Source: an uncultured Rikenellaceae bacterium (GTDB lineage Bacteria > Bacteroidota > Bacteroidia > Bacteroidales > VadinHA17). From it: a DNA stretch of 64,000 nt. Location of the stretch: the NCBI GenBank assembly GCA_963802145.1, contig CAWDHN010000006.1:7434-71433 (forward strand), given 5' to 3'. The translations under genes and the position numbers were made by a program. Each line of letters opens with the position of its first letter. Position 1 is the stretch's first letter. Positions 12,101 to 19,970 of this stretch are shown here, piece after piece. The notes below the pieces were generated by a model, which was given only the letters and a program-made list of their open reading frames with translations, was not told where the DNA came from and did no database searches.

Positions 12101-13288
12101 TTATTCGACAATATCGATGACCTGTCCGGCACCAACAGTACGTCCACCTTCGCGGATAGCGAACTGGAGACCTTTATTGATAGCCACCGGATAGATGAGC
12201 TCAACGGTTATGGTCACGTTGTCACCCGGCATCACCATCTCTGTTCCCTCGGGGAGAGCGATCTCACCGGTTATGTCAAGGGTACGGAGATAGAACTGGG
12301 GACGGTAATGATTGTGGAACGGGGTATGACGGCCACCTTCCTCTTTCTTAAGCACGTAGACCTCAGCCTTGAACTTGGTATGGGGTGTGATTGAACCCGG
12401 CTTGGCAAGTACATGACCTCTCTTGATCTCTTTCTTGTCAACACCGCGGAGGAGCAGACCCACGTTGTCACCGGCTTCACCCTGATCGAGTATCTTGCGG
12501 AACATCTCAACGCCGGTACATACTGACTTGCGTTTTTCTGCGCCGAGACCCACTATCTCAAGTTCGTCACCTGTGTGAACCATACCTGTTTCAATACGTC
12601 CCGTTGCAACGGTACCACGACCGGTGATCGAGAAGACGTCTTCAACCGGCATGAGGAACGGTTTTTCGTTCTCACGCGGAGGAATGGGTATGAATGAGTC
12701 AACTGCATCCATCAGTTCCATGACCTTATCTTCCCACTTGGGCTCATGGTTCATGGCGCCGAGGGCCGATCCGCGGATAACGGGAGCACCGTCACCATCG
12801 TACTTGTAGAATGTAAGAAGGTCGCGTATCTCCATCTCAACGAGGTCAATAAGCTCCTCATCGTCAACCAGGTCAACCTTGTTCAGGAAGACTACGATCT
12901 TAGGCACGTTCACCTGACGTGCGAGCAGGATATGTTCGCGTGTCTGGGGCATCGGGCCGTCAGTGGCGGCAACAACGATGATGGCGCCGTCCATCTGGGC
13001 AGCACCTGTAACCATGTTCTTGACATAGTCAGCGTGACCCGGACAGTCAACGTGCGCATAGTGACGGTTCGCCGTTGAATACTCGACGTGAGCCGTGTTG
13101 ATCGTAATACCCCTTTCCTTTTCTTCAGGAGCATTGTCGATTGAATCAAAGTCTCTTACTTCTGAGAGACCTTTCTTAGCGAGAACCATCGTAATAGCAG
13201 CTGTCAAGGTGGTCTTGCCGTGGTCGACGTGACCGATCGTACCGATATTTACGTGTGGCTTCGACCTGTCAAATTTTTCTTTTGCCAT
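12101..13288 (-). CDS. tuf: Elongation factor Tu
   Basis: 395 aa with [18 protein letters not shown] and NKVD G-motifs. Confidence 0.99.
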   Translation of the reverse strand: MAKEKFDRSKPHVNIGTIGHVDHGKTTLTAAITMVLAKKGLSEVRDFDSIDNAPEEKERGITINTAHVEYSTANRHYAHVDCPGHADYVKNMVTGAAQMDGAIIVVAATDGPMPQTREHILLARQVNVPKIVVFLNKVDLVDDEELIDLVEMEIRDLLTFYKYDGDGAPVIRGSALGAMNHEPKWEDKVMELMDAVDSFIPIPPRENEKPFLMPVEDVFSITGRGTVATGRIETGMVHTGDELEIVGLGAEKRKSVCTGVEMFRKILDQGEAGDNVGLLLRGVDKKEIKRGHVLAKPGSITPHTKFKAEVYVLKKEEGGRHTPFHNHYRPQFYLRTLDITGEIALPEGTEMVMPGDNVTITVELIYPVAINKGLQFAIREGGRTVGAGQVIDIVE

Positions 13289-13331
13289 AACTAAAAGCTT
13301 ATTAAATTAAATTTACATCCAAAATCGTTTG

Positions 13332-13404
13332 AGCCGATGATGAGAGTTGAACTCATGACCCCTTCCTTACCAAGGAAGTGCTCTACCCCTGAGCTACATC
13401 GGCG
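13332..13404 (-). tRNA. tRNA-Thr (anticodon GGT)
   Basis: Cloverleaf with acceptor GCCGATG/CATCGGC, anticodon loop TTGGTAA and T-loop TTCAACT. Confidence 0.9.
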
Positions 13405-13409
13405 AATTG

Positions 13410-13482
13410 AGCGGGAGACGAAATTCGAATTCGCGACCCTTAGCTTGGAAGGCTAATGCTCTACCAACTGAGCTACTCCCGC
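13410..13482 (-). tRNA. tRNA-Gly (anticodon TCC)
   Basis: Cloverleaf with acceptor GCGGGAG/CTCCCGC, anticodon loop CTTCCAA and T-loop TTCGAAT. Confidence 0.9.
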
Positions 13483-13554
13483 TTATATCTTAAAACCGGC
13501 ACCCGGGTTACCCACCTGCAGGGAAAGAGTGCATTAATGCTGGCACTGTAAGTG

Positions 13555-13637
13555 TGGGGAGAGCAGGATTCGAACCTACGAAGTCTTCAGACAACAGATT
13601 TACAGTCTGCCCCAGTTGGCCACTTTGGTATCTCCCC
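13555..13637 (-). tRNA. tRNA-Tyr (anticodon GTA), long variable arm
   Basis: 83 nt with acceptor GGGGAGA/TCTCCCC, anticodon loop CTGTAAA (ACTGTAAAT in context) and T-loop TTCGAAT. Confidence 0.9.
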
Positions 13638-13685
13638 GTGTTTACAGTACATGCCTGGTTAGACATACATACTCATCACAAAATG

Positions 13686-13759
13686 AGCCGATGAAGGGAT
13701 TCGAACCCCCGACCTGCAGATTACAAATCAGCTGCTCTGGCCAACTGAGCTACATCGGC
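13686..13759 (-). tRNA. tRNA-Thr (anticodon TGT)
   Basis: Cloverleaf with acceptor GCCGATG/CATCGGC, anticodon loop TTTGTAA and T-loop TTCGAAT. Confidence 0.9.
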
Positions 13760-13809
13760 ATTTGAAAGAACGACCGATTTATGAGGATTTACCCTCAAAA
13801 ATCGGTTTG

Positions 13810-13841
13810 CAAATGTAGGAATTAAAAATTCAAATCTCAAA
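13810..13841 (-). promoter_or_regulatory. Bacteroidota-type promoter of the tRNA-tuf operon
   Basis: The minus strand has TTTG (13841..13838), a 20-nt spacer, then TACATTTG (13817..13810). This matches the -33 TTTG / -7 TAnnTTTG consensus and lies about 50 nt upstream of tRNA-Thr. Confidence 0.55.
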
Positions 13842-13872
13842 AATAATCTTAAGTTTTTTTGAGACGGGGATA

Positions 13873-14172
13873 TTACTCGCCGCGCATCTTACCCTTCTGT
13901 TTGACTATCTGCCGCTTAAGGGCTGCGACAACCATGTCGGTCGCTTCTTCAAAGGTTTTGCTCTGCTTGCGGGCAAAAAGCGGTCCGCCCGGATACTCTA
14001 CCTTGATCTCCGTGATCTTGTTCTCCCTCTCCTCATCATGGTCTAACTTCAGGAACACCTCTGCATTGACGATGTCATCACTTAAAAGAGCCAGTTTGTT
14101 GATTTTAAGTGTAACAAAATCAAGTAACTTCTTGTCAGCATCAAACCTGATTGAATGGATCTGAATGTTCAT
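13873..14172 (-). CDS. hpf: Ribosome hibernation promoting factor / RaiA family (short form)
   Basis: 99 aa. Its N-terminus (MNIQIHSIRFDADKKLLDFV) and the KQSKTFEEATDMVVAALKRQI block are typical of HPF/YfiA. Confidence 0.85.
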   Translation of the reverse strand: MNIQIHSIRFDADKKLLDFVTLKINKLALLSDDIVNAEVFLKLDHDEERENKITEIKVEYPGGPLFARKQSKTFEEATDMVVAALKRQIVKQKGKMRGE

Positions 14173-14196
14173 GGCAGTACCTCCTGTTATTGGTTT

Positions 14197-15078
14197 TTAC
14201 GCTCTTGGGTGAGCCTGTTTATATACTTTCTTTAACTGTTCAAACGTGTTGTGGGTGTATACCTGTGTGGCCGACAGGCTGGCGTGTCCCAGCAGCTCCT
14301 TTATCGAGTTGAGGTCAGCCCCGTGGTTGAGCATGTGGGTGGCAAACGTGTGCCTGAGTACATGCGGGCTCTTTTTCTCAACCGTGGTCACCATCGAGAG
14401 ATATCTCGTTACTATGTTATAAACACTCTTGTCGTACATTTTGTTCCCCCTGTCGGTGACAAAAAACCAGTCGCCCGGGAGACCTTCCCCTTTACGTGCC
14501 GCCAGGTATGAATGAAGTGATTTCATGAAGCCTGATGAGAGGGGAATCACCCTCTGCTTTCCTCTTTTACCCGTAACCCTTACCTGCCCCGAGGTGAGAT
14601 CCACATCCTCATCACGCAGGTTGATCAGTTCCGACCTCCTCATGCCTGTAAGATACAAAAATTCCACTATTGTCCTGTCGCGGAGACCGGAAAAATTATC
14701 TCCGAACTTAAAATCGTCGAGCAGCCTGTCGAGCGCCTCCTCTGCAACAAAAACAGGCAACCGTCCCGACTTCTTCGGAAGCTTAACGCCTGACATCGGA
14801 TCGGCACTGCTCATGCCGTGCTTCCGCAGATAACGGAAGAAAGCCCTGAGAGCTGACATCTTCCTGTGTACGGTGCCTGTGGCAGCCCCTCCCTCTATCA
14901 GCGACACCATCCAGCCCCTCACGTCAGATGAGGTCACTGAATCAGCAGTTGCTCCGGGATTATTATCCCCGAGCCAGCTGATAAACTGATCCAAGTCGTT
15001 CTTGTAGGAGGTGACTGTGTGCCGGGAATAGCGCTTCTCGGTACGGATGTATTGCAGGAACGATTCCTTTCTGTCCAT
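14197..15078 (-). CDS. Site-specific tyrosine recombinase, XerC/XerD family
   Basis: 293 aa with the catalytic-region motifs HVLRHTFATHML and LGHASLSATQVYTH. It follows the conserved rpsU-xer-hpf synteny. Confidence 0.9.
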   Translation of the reverse strand: MDRKESFLQYIRTEKRYSRHTVTSYKNDLDQFISWLGDNNPGATADSVTSSDVRGWMVSLIEGGAATGTVHRKMSALRAFFRYLRKHGMSSADPMSGVKLPKKSGRLPVFVAEEALDRLLDDFKFGDNFSGLRDRTIVEFLYLTGMRRSELINLRDEDVDLTSGQVRVTGKRGKQRVIPLSSGFMKSLHSYLAARKGEGLPGDWFFVTDRGNKMYDKSVYNIVTRYLSMVTTVEKKSPHVLRHTFATHMLNHGADLNSIKELLGHASLSATQVYTHNTFEQLKKVYKQAHPRA

Positions 15079-15129
15079 AAAAGGAACCTTTTGGTTGTTA
15101 TTATTTATGAATGGCAGAGTGCAGCGGAA

Positions 15130-15321
15130 CTATTCCTCTTCCTGCTGCATGTTCTGAACATATACGGCCTTCTTTATCTCTTCCCTGCGGCGGACCGAGG
15201 GTTTGACAAAAGCCTGACGTGACCTGAGCTCACGGATGACACCCGTCTTCTCGAATTTCCTCTTGAATTTCTTGAGTGCCCTGTCGATGTTCTCGCCTTC
15301 TTTTACCGGTACAATGATCAT
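15130..15321 (-). CDS. rpsU: 30S ribosomal protein S21
   Basis: 63-aa basic protein containing ALKKFKRKFEKTGVIRELRSRQAFVKPS. Confidence 0.93.
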   Translation of the reverse strand: MIIVPVKEGENIDRALKKFKRKFEKTGVIRELRSRQAFVKPSVRRREEIKKAVYVQNMQQEEE

Positions 15322-15369
15322 ATTATTACTTTATGTTAAAACGAGCCGCAAAATTAATACCTCTGAAAT

Positions 15370-16482
15370 TCATTTCAAAACTTTTGATGAAATAAATTCA
15401 TAATCGTTGCCCGCAGCGCCCGGGGAGGGCCTTACATAGGGAGCCAGACGCTCAGCCTGCTGCGTGCTGATGATCTTGTTGCCGACCATCGACCCCAGCG
15501 TCAGAGGGGGATCAGTGAGTGTCCTGAACCTGCTTATCAGCCTTGCGGTTTCATAACCCACATAGGGATGGCGTGCAAGATCACCGAAGGAAACGCTGTC
15601 GAGGAGCAGGGGCGCGACGGAATCAAAGGTCAGTGTCAACATGGGGGTTATCAGGCTGACGACAGAGCTGTCGAGGCCATATACCTCCCTGAGCTGGTCT
15701 GTTGCGACAAAACCGCCAAGCAGTGCGCGGTACTTTATTATCCTCGCCGAGAGTACCGGTCCGATGCCCGGCAGGCTCTCCAGCTCCTCTGCACTGCACC
15801 TGTTAAGATCGATAAGCACCACCGGTGACTCCCCTGGCGCCCCCTCTGCAGGAGTCCCACGCCCGGATGACGGGGAATACGCTGACTGAGTCCCACGCCC
15901 GGATGACGGGGAATACGCTGCCGGAGCCCCATGCCCGGATGACGTGGAGTACCGGTCAGCAGGCCTTGCTTCAGGAAAGTACCTGTCAGCCCTCCCGGCT
16001 CCCTCTGCCGGAGTGGTCGCCGACCCGTACGATACCTTTCCGGCAGGATCCTCTGCAATAATAATATACGGACCAAGGCGTGCGGCTGTTGATGAGTCTA
16101 TCCCGTAAACCCTGGCCAGATCTTCAGGCCGCCGGAACCTTGCACCGCTGTTACGGTAGTTTATAAGCGTGCCTGCCTGCTTCCCGGTAAGCCCCAGCCG
16201 CAGCAGGTCATCGTACGGGACCGTGTTGGGATCAAATGTGAAGAGCTCCGGGCTGAGGCTCGCATCTGCACCGTTGCCTGCCGTACTGTCGGCCGGTGCC
16301 GCGGGAGGCCTGAGATCGTCAGGCACCCTGCCGGGCCTGAGAGCGGTAAATCTCACCATTATAAGTACTATGAGCAATACCGACAGCAGGTACGTACCCC
16401 GCCTCTCCCGGCGGTCAAAACCGAATAACCCGGCAGCGATCTTCCTGAATGGCTTCACATCTGATACAGCAAGAGACAGCAC
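15370..16482 (-). CDS. ComEA-like helix-hairpin-helix DNA-binding protein with a low-complexity repeat linker
   Basis: 370 aa with one N-terminal TM helix and HhH motifs (LTGKQAGTLINYR; LESLPGIGPVLSARIIKYR). The central linker carries the repeat YSPSSGRGT. Confidence 0.75.
   Translation of the reverse strand: MLSLAVSDVKPFRKIAAGLFGFDRRERRGTYLLSVLLIVLIMVRFTALRPGRVPDDLRPPAAPADSTAGNGADASLSPELFTFDPNTVPYDDLLRLGLTGKQAGTLINYRNSGARFRRPEDLARVYGIDSSTAARLGPYIIIAEDPAGKVSYGSATTPAEGAGRADRYFPEARPADRYSTSSGHGAPAAYSPSSGRGTQSAYSPSSGRGTPAEGAPGESPVVLIDLNRCSAEELESLPGIGPVLSARIIKYRALLGGFVATDQLREVYGLDSSVVSLITPMLTLTFDSVAPLLLDSVSFGDLARHPYVGYETARLISRFRTLTDPPLTLGSMVGNKIISTQQAERLAPYVRPSPGAAGNDYEFISSKVLK
15854..15961. repeat. 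36-bp tandem repeat, 3 units, inside the ComEA-like CDS
   Basis: Units at 15854-15889 and 15890-15925 are nearly identical (gtcccacgcccggatgacggggaatacgctg...). The third unit is diverged. They encode the repeats (A/Q)SAYSPSSGRGT. Confidence 0.9.
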
Positions 16483-16520
16483 AAGTTATGCAAAAAAGAA
16501 ATCCGTGTCAAGAGCTGAGA

Positions 16521-16631
16521 GATTTGCGAACTGCGATTTGCGATTTGCGAATGGGGTGTTTGGCTTGAGATTTGCGATTTGGGATCTGGGTATTTTTAAA
16601 ATCGGCAATCGAAAATCTTAAATCGCAAATC
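16521..16631 (-). repeat. Heptad-hairpin intergenic element, copy A (full element with an internal insertion)
   Basis: It starts at the base after the TAG stop (16632-34) of the OMP gene. Read on the minus strand: GATTTGCGATTTAAGATTTTCGATTGCCGATTTT...CATTCGCAAATCGCAAATCGCAGTTCGCAAATC. The 12-mers 16569-16580 and 16620-16631 are perfect reverse complements. Confidence 0.85.
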
Positions 16632-18998
16632 CTAAAACGGATATCCAATCCCGATGACCATCGTCAGATCATCCCTGCGGTCAAAGGTGCCGTTCAGGGG
16701 TATCCACTTGGACCCCTCCGTGGCCATGGGATCGCGGAGTTTCATTCCAAAATCGGCCCTCAGGAGCACGAATTTGATGTCGAACCTTAATCCCGCCCCT
16801 GCCCCTACAGCGATATCGTCAAGGAAGGTATCAAACCTGAACTGGCTGCCGGGTCTGTCCTCATCAGGCTTTACGGTCCATATATTGCCCACATCAACAA
16901 ACGTTGCACCCTCAAGTATCCAGAAGAGCTTGAACCGGTATTCGATGTTGGCCTCCAGTTTCATGTCGGAAGTCAGGTTGATGAATGTACTCTCCTCGGG
17001 CATGACATAGGAGCCGGGACCGAGGGTCCGTACCACCCACGCCCTGATATCATTGGAGCCGCCACCGAAATACTGCTCCTCGAAGGGCATGACCTTTGAG
17101 TTCCCGTAGGCCCATCCTACGCCGGCATACCACCTGTAGACGATACTGCTTGCATCATTGAACCTGTAATTATACGCAGCATCCACCTCTGCCTTGATGA
17201 ATTGCGCAAAGGGCTGCCCGAAGAGGTGGTATGTACCGTCTGAAGCCTTCTCCGCGTTACCCAGGGAGTAAAACATGTTGAGCAGGTTACCGGCGATATC
17301 AAGTCCGAGGCGTATGTTCCAGTAATCCTTTGACTTAGGGATCAACTGGTTGTTGAAGACATAATCGTACCGTCCGCCCACAATCCTGACGTCGCGGTAA
17401 GAAGAGGCAAGGTATGAGGTGGTATCAATCATCGCCTGGTATTCGGGATCAACATAATGCATCTTGACCACATTGAACGACAGTGGAATGATATTGAATT
17501 TCGTGCGTTTGTTGCCAATCCACGAGTAGCCGAGGGATATATTGGCGACTGAGCGCGCGTAGACCGGCACCATCTGGAAGTTATAACCCGCCTGAAATAC
17601 CGTTCGGGGGTCATGGTCGCGGATAAACTTCTCCTTTTCGGGGATTGGCAAAAGGAATTTTGGCAGCCTGAGATTGGCTTCAAAGCCGTACTGCTGTATA
17701 TTCTCGAATCCTGCAGACTCGTCGTTGACAGATTCATATGCCCCCTGCAGCTTCAGGCTGAAGACCTCTGCGCCTCCGAAAAGGCTTTTGTTCTGATATA
17801 TCAGGTTCAGTGCTCCGCCAAGGTTACCTCCCCAATTTGTTGTACCTTCGAGCTCAACGGTGAATGACTGCCTCATCAGGGGAGTGAGCTGAATGATGCA
17901 GTCGAGCATGCCCACATCTCTCCTTTCACCGGTAATGCCTTCTGCATCGATGTATGACACATTAACAAGCCTGTGGTTCTTGAGATCGGCCAGGTGAGTT
18001 TCCGTCTGCCTGGCATTTGTCTGGCTGAACCACGCCCCGGGTGCGACATAGAGTGCCTGGGTCAGCACCTCGGGCTTGACCAGCTGCCTGCCGGGCGGTG
18101 CGACGAAGTGGATCCCCTTGTAAAAAGTTGTGTCAAAGGTCATGGTGTATGCCTCCCCTGCCGTGAGTGACAGACTGGGATCAAAGTCAGGAAAGACATA
18201 TACATCCCTTACCCGGTACATCCGGTGGTTGCTGTATTCCGGCCGGCCCTTGCTGTCCAGGGTGCTCCTTAGGGTAACGACATACTGTACAATGACCTGG
18301 TGGTTCATCTGCGTACTGTCAATACGGAAATAGATATTCTCCGACGAGAAGGTGAAAAAACCCAGGTCCCTTATGAAGAGTTCCAGTCTCTGGCGCTCAC
18401 GCTGGAGAAGGTCTACATCGTATATCATCCCCCTCTTCACGGTGCAGTTCGACGTGTCCATCATCACGAAGGTGGAAAGGATAGTATCCTGAATATCATA
18501 CTGTACGCTGGCTATTGTATAGGGTCTGCCGGGGTCAACGGCATACTGTACCCTGGCCTCTCTCTTTTCGGTCTTCACCGTGTCTGCGACCCTGGCATTG
18601 AAAAACCCCTTTGACCAAAGGTAGCTCTCTATCTGTCCGGCTGATCTGTCTGCCGCTGCGGGATCAAATACCACCGGCTCCTCGCCGATCCTTCTCAGCC
18701 ACCCGTGGGGCCACTTGCTCTTCTCAATATTTGAAAGGTTATAGAGCCCGAGGTGGAACCTGGCGCCAAAGATCTTCTTGTTTGGCTGTTGCCGGAGATA
18801 AGGTTTTATCGCACTCTTGCTGACCGTTGATGGCAACGGCACGCTGCTCTCTTTCAGCACAATCACGTTGCTGTTCAGGAGCAAGTCGTCTCTTGGGACA
18901 TATTTTGTGGGGTTGCAGGAGGCTACCGTAAAAATAATGATCACCAGCAGAAACAGTTTGGGAGCAGTAATTTTTATATTTGTTCTCTGATGGATCAA
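16632..18998 (-). CDS. BamA/TamA (Omp85) family outer membrane protein, lipoprotein-type signal
   Basis: Long ORF with a beta-barrel-like C-terminus ending in F. The track start (GTG at 19067) overlaps the divergent trmH gene and a -7 box. An in-frame TTG at 18998 gives (M)IHQRTNIKITAPKLFLLVIIIFTVASC. The start position is an inference. Confidence 0.75.
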   Translation of the reverse strand: MIHQRTNIKITAPKLFLLVIIIFTVASCNPTKYVPRDDLLLNSNVIVLKESSVPLPSTVSKSAIKPYLRQQPNKKIFGARFHLGLYNLSNIEKSKWPHGWLRRIGEEPVVFDPAAADRSAGQIESYLWSKGFFNARVADTVKTEKREARVQYAVDPGRPYTIASVQYDIQDTILSTFVMMDTSNCTVKRGMIYDVDLLQRERQRLELFIRDLGFFTFSSENIYFRIDSTQMNHQVIVQYVVTLRSTLDSKGRPEYSNHRMYRVRDVYVFPDFDPSLSLTAGEAYTMTFDTTFYKGIHFVAPPGRQLVKPEVLTQALYVAPGAWFSQTNARQTETHLADLKNHRLVNVSYIDAEGITGERRDVGMLDCIIQLTPLMRQSFTVELEGTTNWGGNLGGALNLIYQNKSLFGGAEVFSLKLQGAYESVNDESAGFENIQQYGFEANLRLPKFLLPIPEKEKFIRDHDPRTVFQAGYNFQMVPVYARSVANISLGYSWIGNKRTKFNIIPLSFNVVKMHYVDPEYQAMIDTTSYLASSYRDVRIVGGRYDYVFNNQLIPKSKDYWNIRLGLDIAGNLLNMFYSLGNAEKASDGTYHLFGQPFAQFIKAEVDAAYNYRFNDASSIVYRWYAGVGWAYGNSKVMPFEEQYFGGGSNDIRAWVVRTLGPGSYVMPEESTFINLTSDMKLEANIEYRFKLFWILEGATFVDVGNIWTVKPDEDRPGSQFRFDTFLDDIAVGAGAGLRFDIKFVLLRADFGMKLRDPMATEGSKWIPLNGTFDRRDDLTMVIGIGYPF

Positions 18999-19021
18999 TT
19001 TACCGGTAACATAGGTGCAAG

Positions 19022-19029
19022 CAAATATA
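19022..19029 (-). promoter_or_regulatory. -7 box (TATATTTG) for the Omp85-family gene
   Basis: The minus strand reads TATATTTG, matching TAnnTTTG, 24 nt upstream of the proposed TTG start. Confidence 0.4.
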
Positions 19030-19070
19030 CCATTATAAACTCTATTTTCAATCACTGAACAATGCACAGG

Positions 19071-19844
19071 ATGATCACCCGAAATCAGGCAAAAATGATA
19101 CTCTCACTGCAGAAGAGAAAGGTAAGGGAGGAGAACTCCCTCTTTGTCATCGAGGGTGATAAACTGGTTCGTGAGTATATCATGGCCGGTAACAGGGTAT
19201 CGCTTCTGGCAGGAAAGCCCGAGTGGATCGACGGTGAGCCTGAGGCGGTGATTGCGGGGGCAGATGAGATAGTCACTGTCAGCTATGAAGAGCTCCGGCG
19301 CATCAGCTCGCTGAAGACACCGCACAATGTGCTGGCCCTGGCGCCCATGGCAAAAGGCGATTACTCTGATCATCTCCTTACCGGGAGAGTCACTCCTGTG
19401 CTCGAGTATGTTCAGGACCCCGGGAATCTTGGAACAATAATACGTATTGCCGCCTGGTTCGGCATGTCAAACATTGTCTGTTCGCCCGACTGTGTCGACT
19501 TTTACAATCCGAAAGTGATACAGGCGACCATGGGGGCATTCATGCACGTCAGTGTATGGTACCGGCCACTGGAATCGTTTCTGGGGAAGGCAGTGACTGA
19601 TGGGATTCCGGTCTACGGGGCTACCATGGACGGGCGTTCGATATATGACGCTGATATCGGCGGTGAAGGCATTATTCTGTTTGGAAACGAATCGAGAGGT
19701 ATCTCCGATAAACTGCTTGGCTATGTGACCCGGCACATCACCATCCCCGGCCCCCCCAGGCCTCTGGCAGGAATTGAGTCTCTGAATGTAAGCATGGCCG
19801 CGGCCATCGTCTGTTCCGAATTTGCAAGGCGGAAACGTAGCTGA
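19071..19844 (+). CDS. TrmH/SpoU-family RNA 2'-O-methyltransferase
   Basis: Motifs DPGNLGTIIRIAAWFG, ILFGNESRGIS and ESLNVSMAAAIV. The likely start is the ATG at 19071 (MITRNQAK); the track starts at 19062. Confidence 0.88.
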   Translation: MITRNQAKMILSLQKRKVREENSLFVIEGDKLVREYIMAGNRVSLLAGKPEWIDGEPEAVIAGADEIVTVSYEELRRISSLKTPHNVLALAPMAKGDYSDHLLTGRVTPVLEYVQDPGNLGTIIRIAAWFGMSNIVCSPDCVDFYNPKVIQATMGAFMHVSVWYRPLESFLGKAVTDGIPVYGATMDGRSIYDADIGGEGIILFGNESRGISDKLLGYVTRHITIPGPPRPLAGIESLNVSMAAAIVCSEFARRKRS

Positions 19845-19852
19845 GAGGGACA

Positions 19853-19969
19853 GACTTCAGTCTTCAGTCTTCAGTCTTCAGTCCTCAGTCCTCAGTCTTG
19901 TCAATAGGCCTAACCATCTGTTTATTAATTCTTAATTCCTGCGACTGCCGACTGCTGACTGCCGACTGG
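19853..19969. repeat. Inverted (CAGTCNN)n heptamer arrays filling a convergent intergenic region (element F)
   Basis: The left array at 19853-19899 is (CAGTCTT)3(CAGTCCT)2CAGTCTT. The right array at 19939-19969 is CTGCGACTGCCGACTGCTGACTGCCGACTGG, the reverse complement of (CAGTCNN)4. Confidence 0.85.
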
Positions 19970-19970
19970 A

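Noticed and set aside
11938-12204. 88-aa minus-strand ORF spanning tRNA-Trp and the tuf 3' end
   Set aside because: It overlaps a tRNA gene and the end of tuf, so it is an ORF-finder artefact.
16169-16621. 150-aa plus-strand ORF opposite the ComEA-like gene, running into repeat element A
   Set aside because: It is antisense to a gene with clear HhH motifs, and its 3' part is translated repeat sequence.
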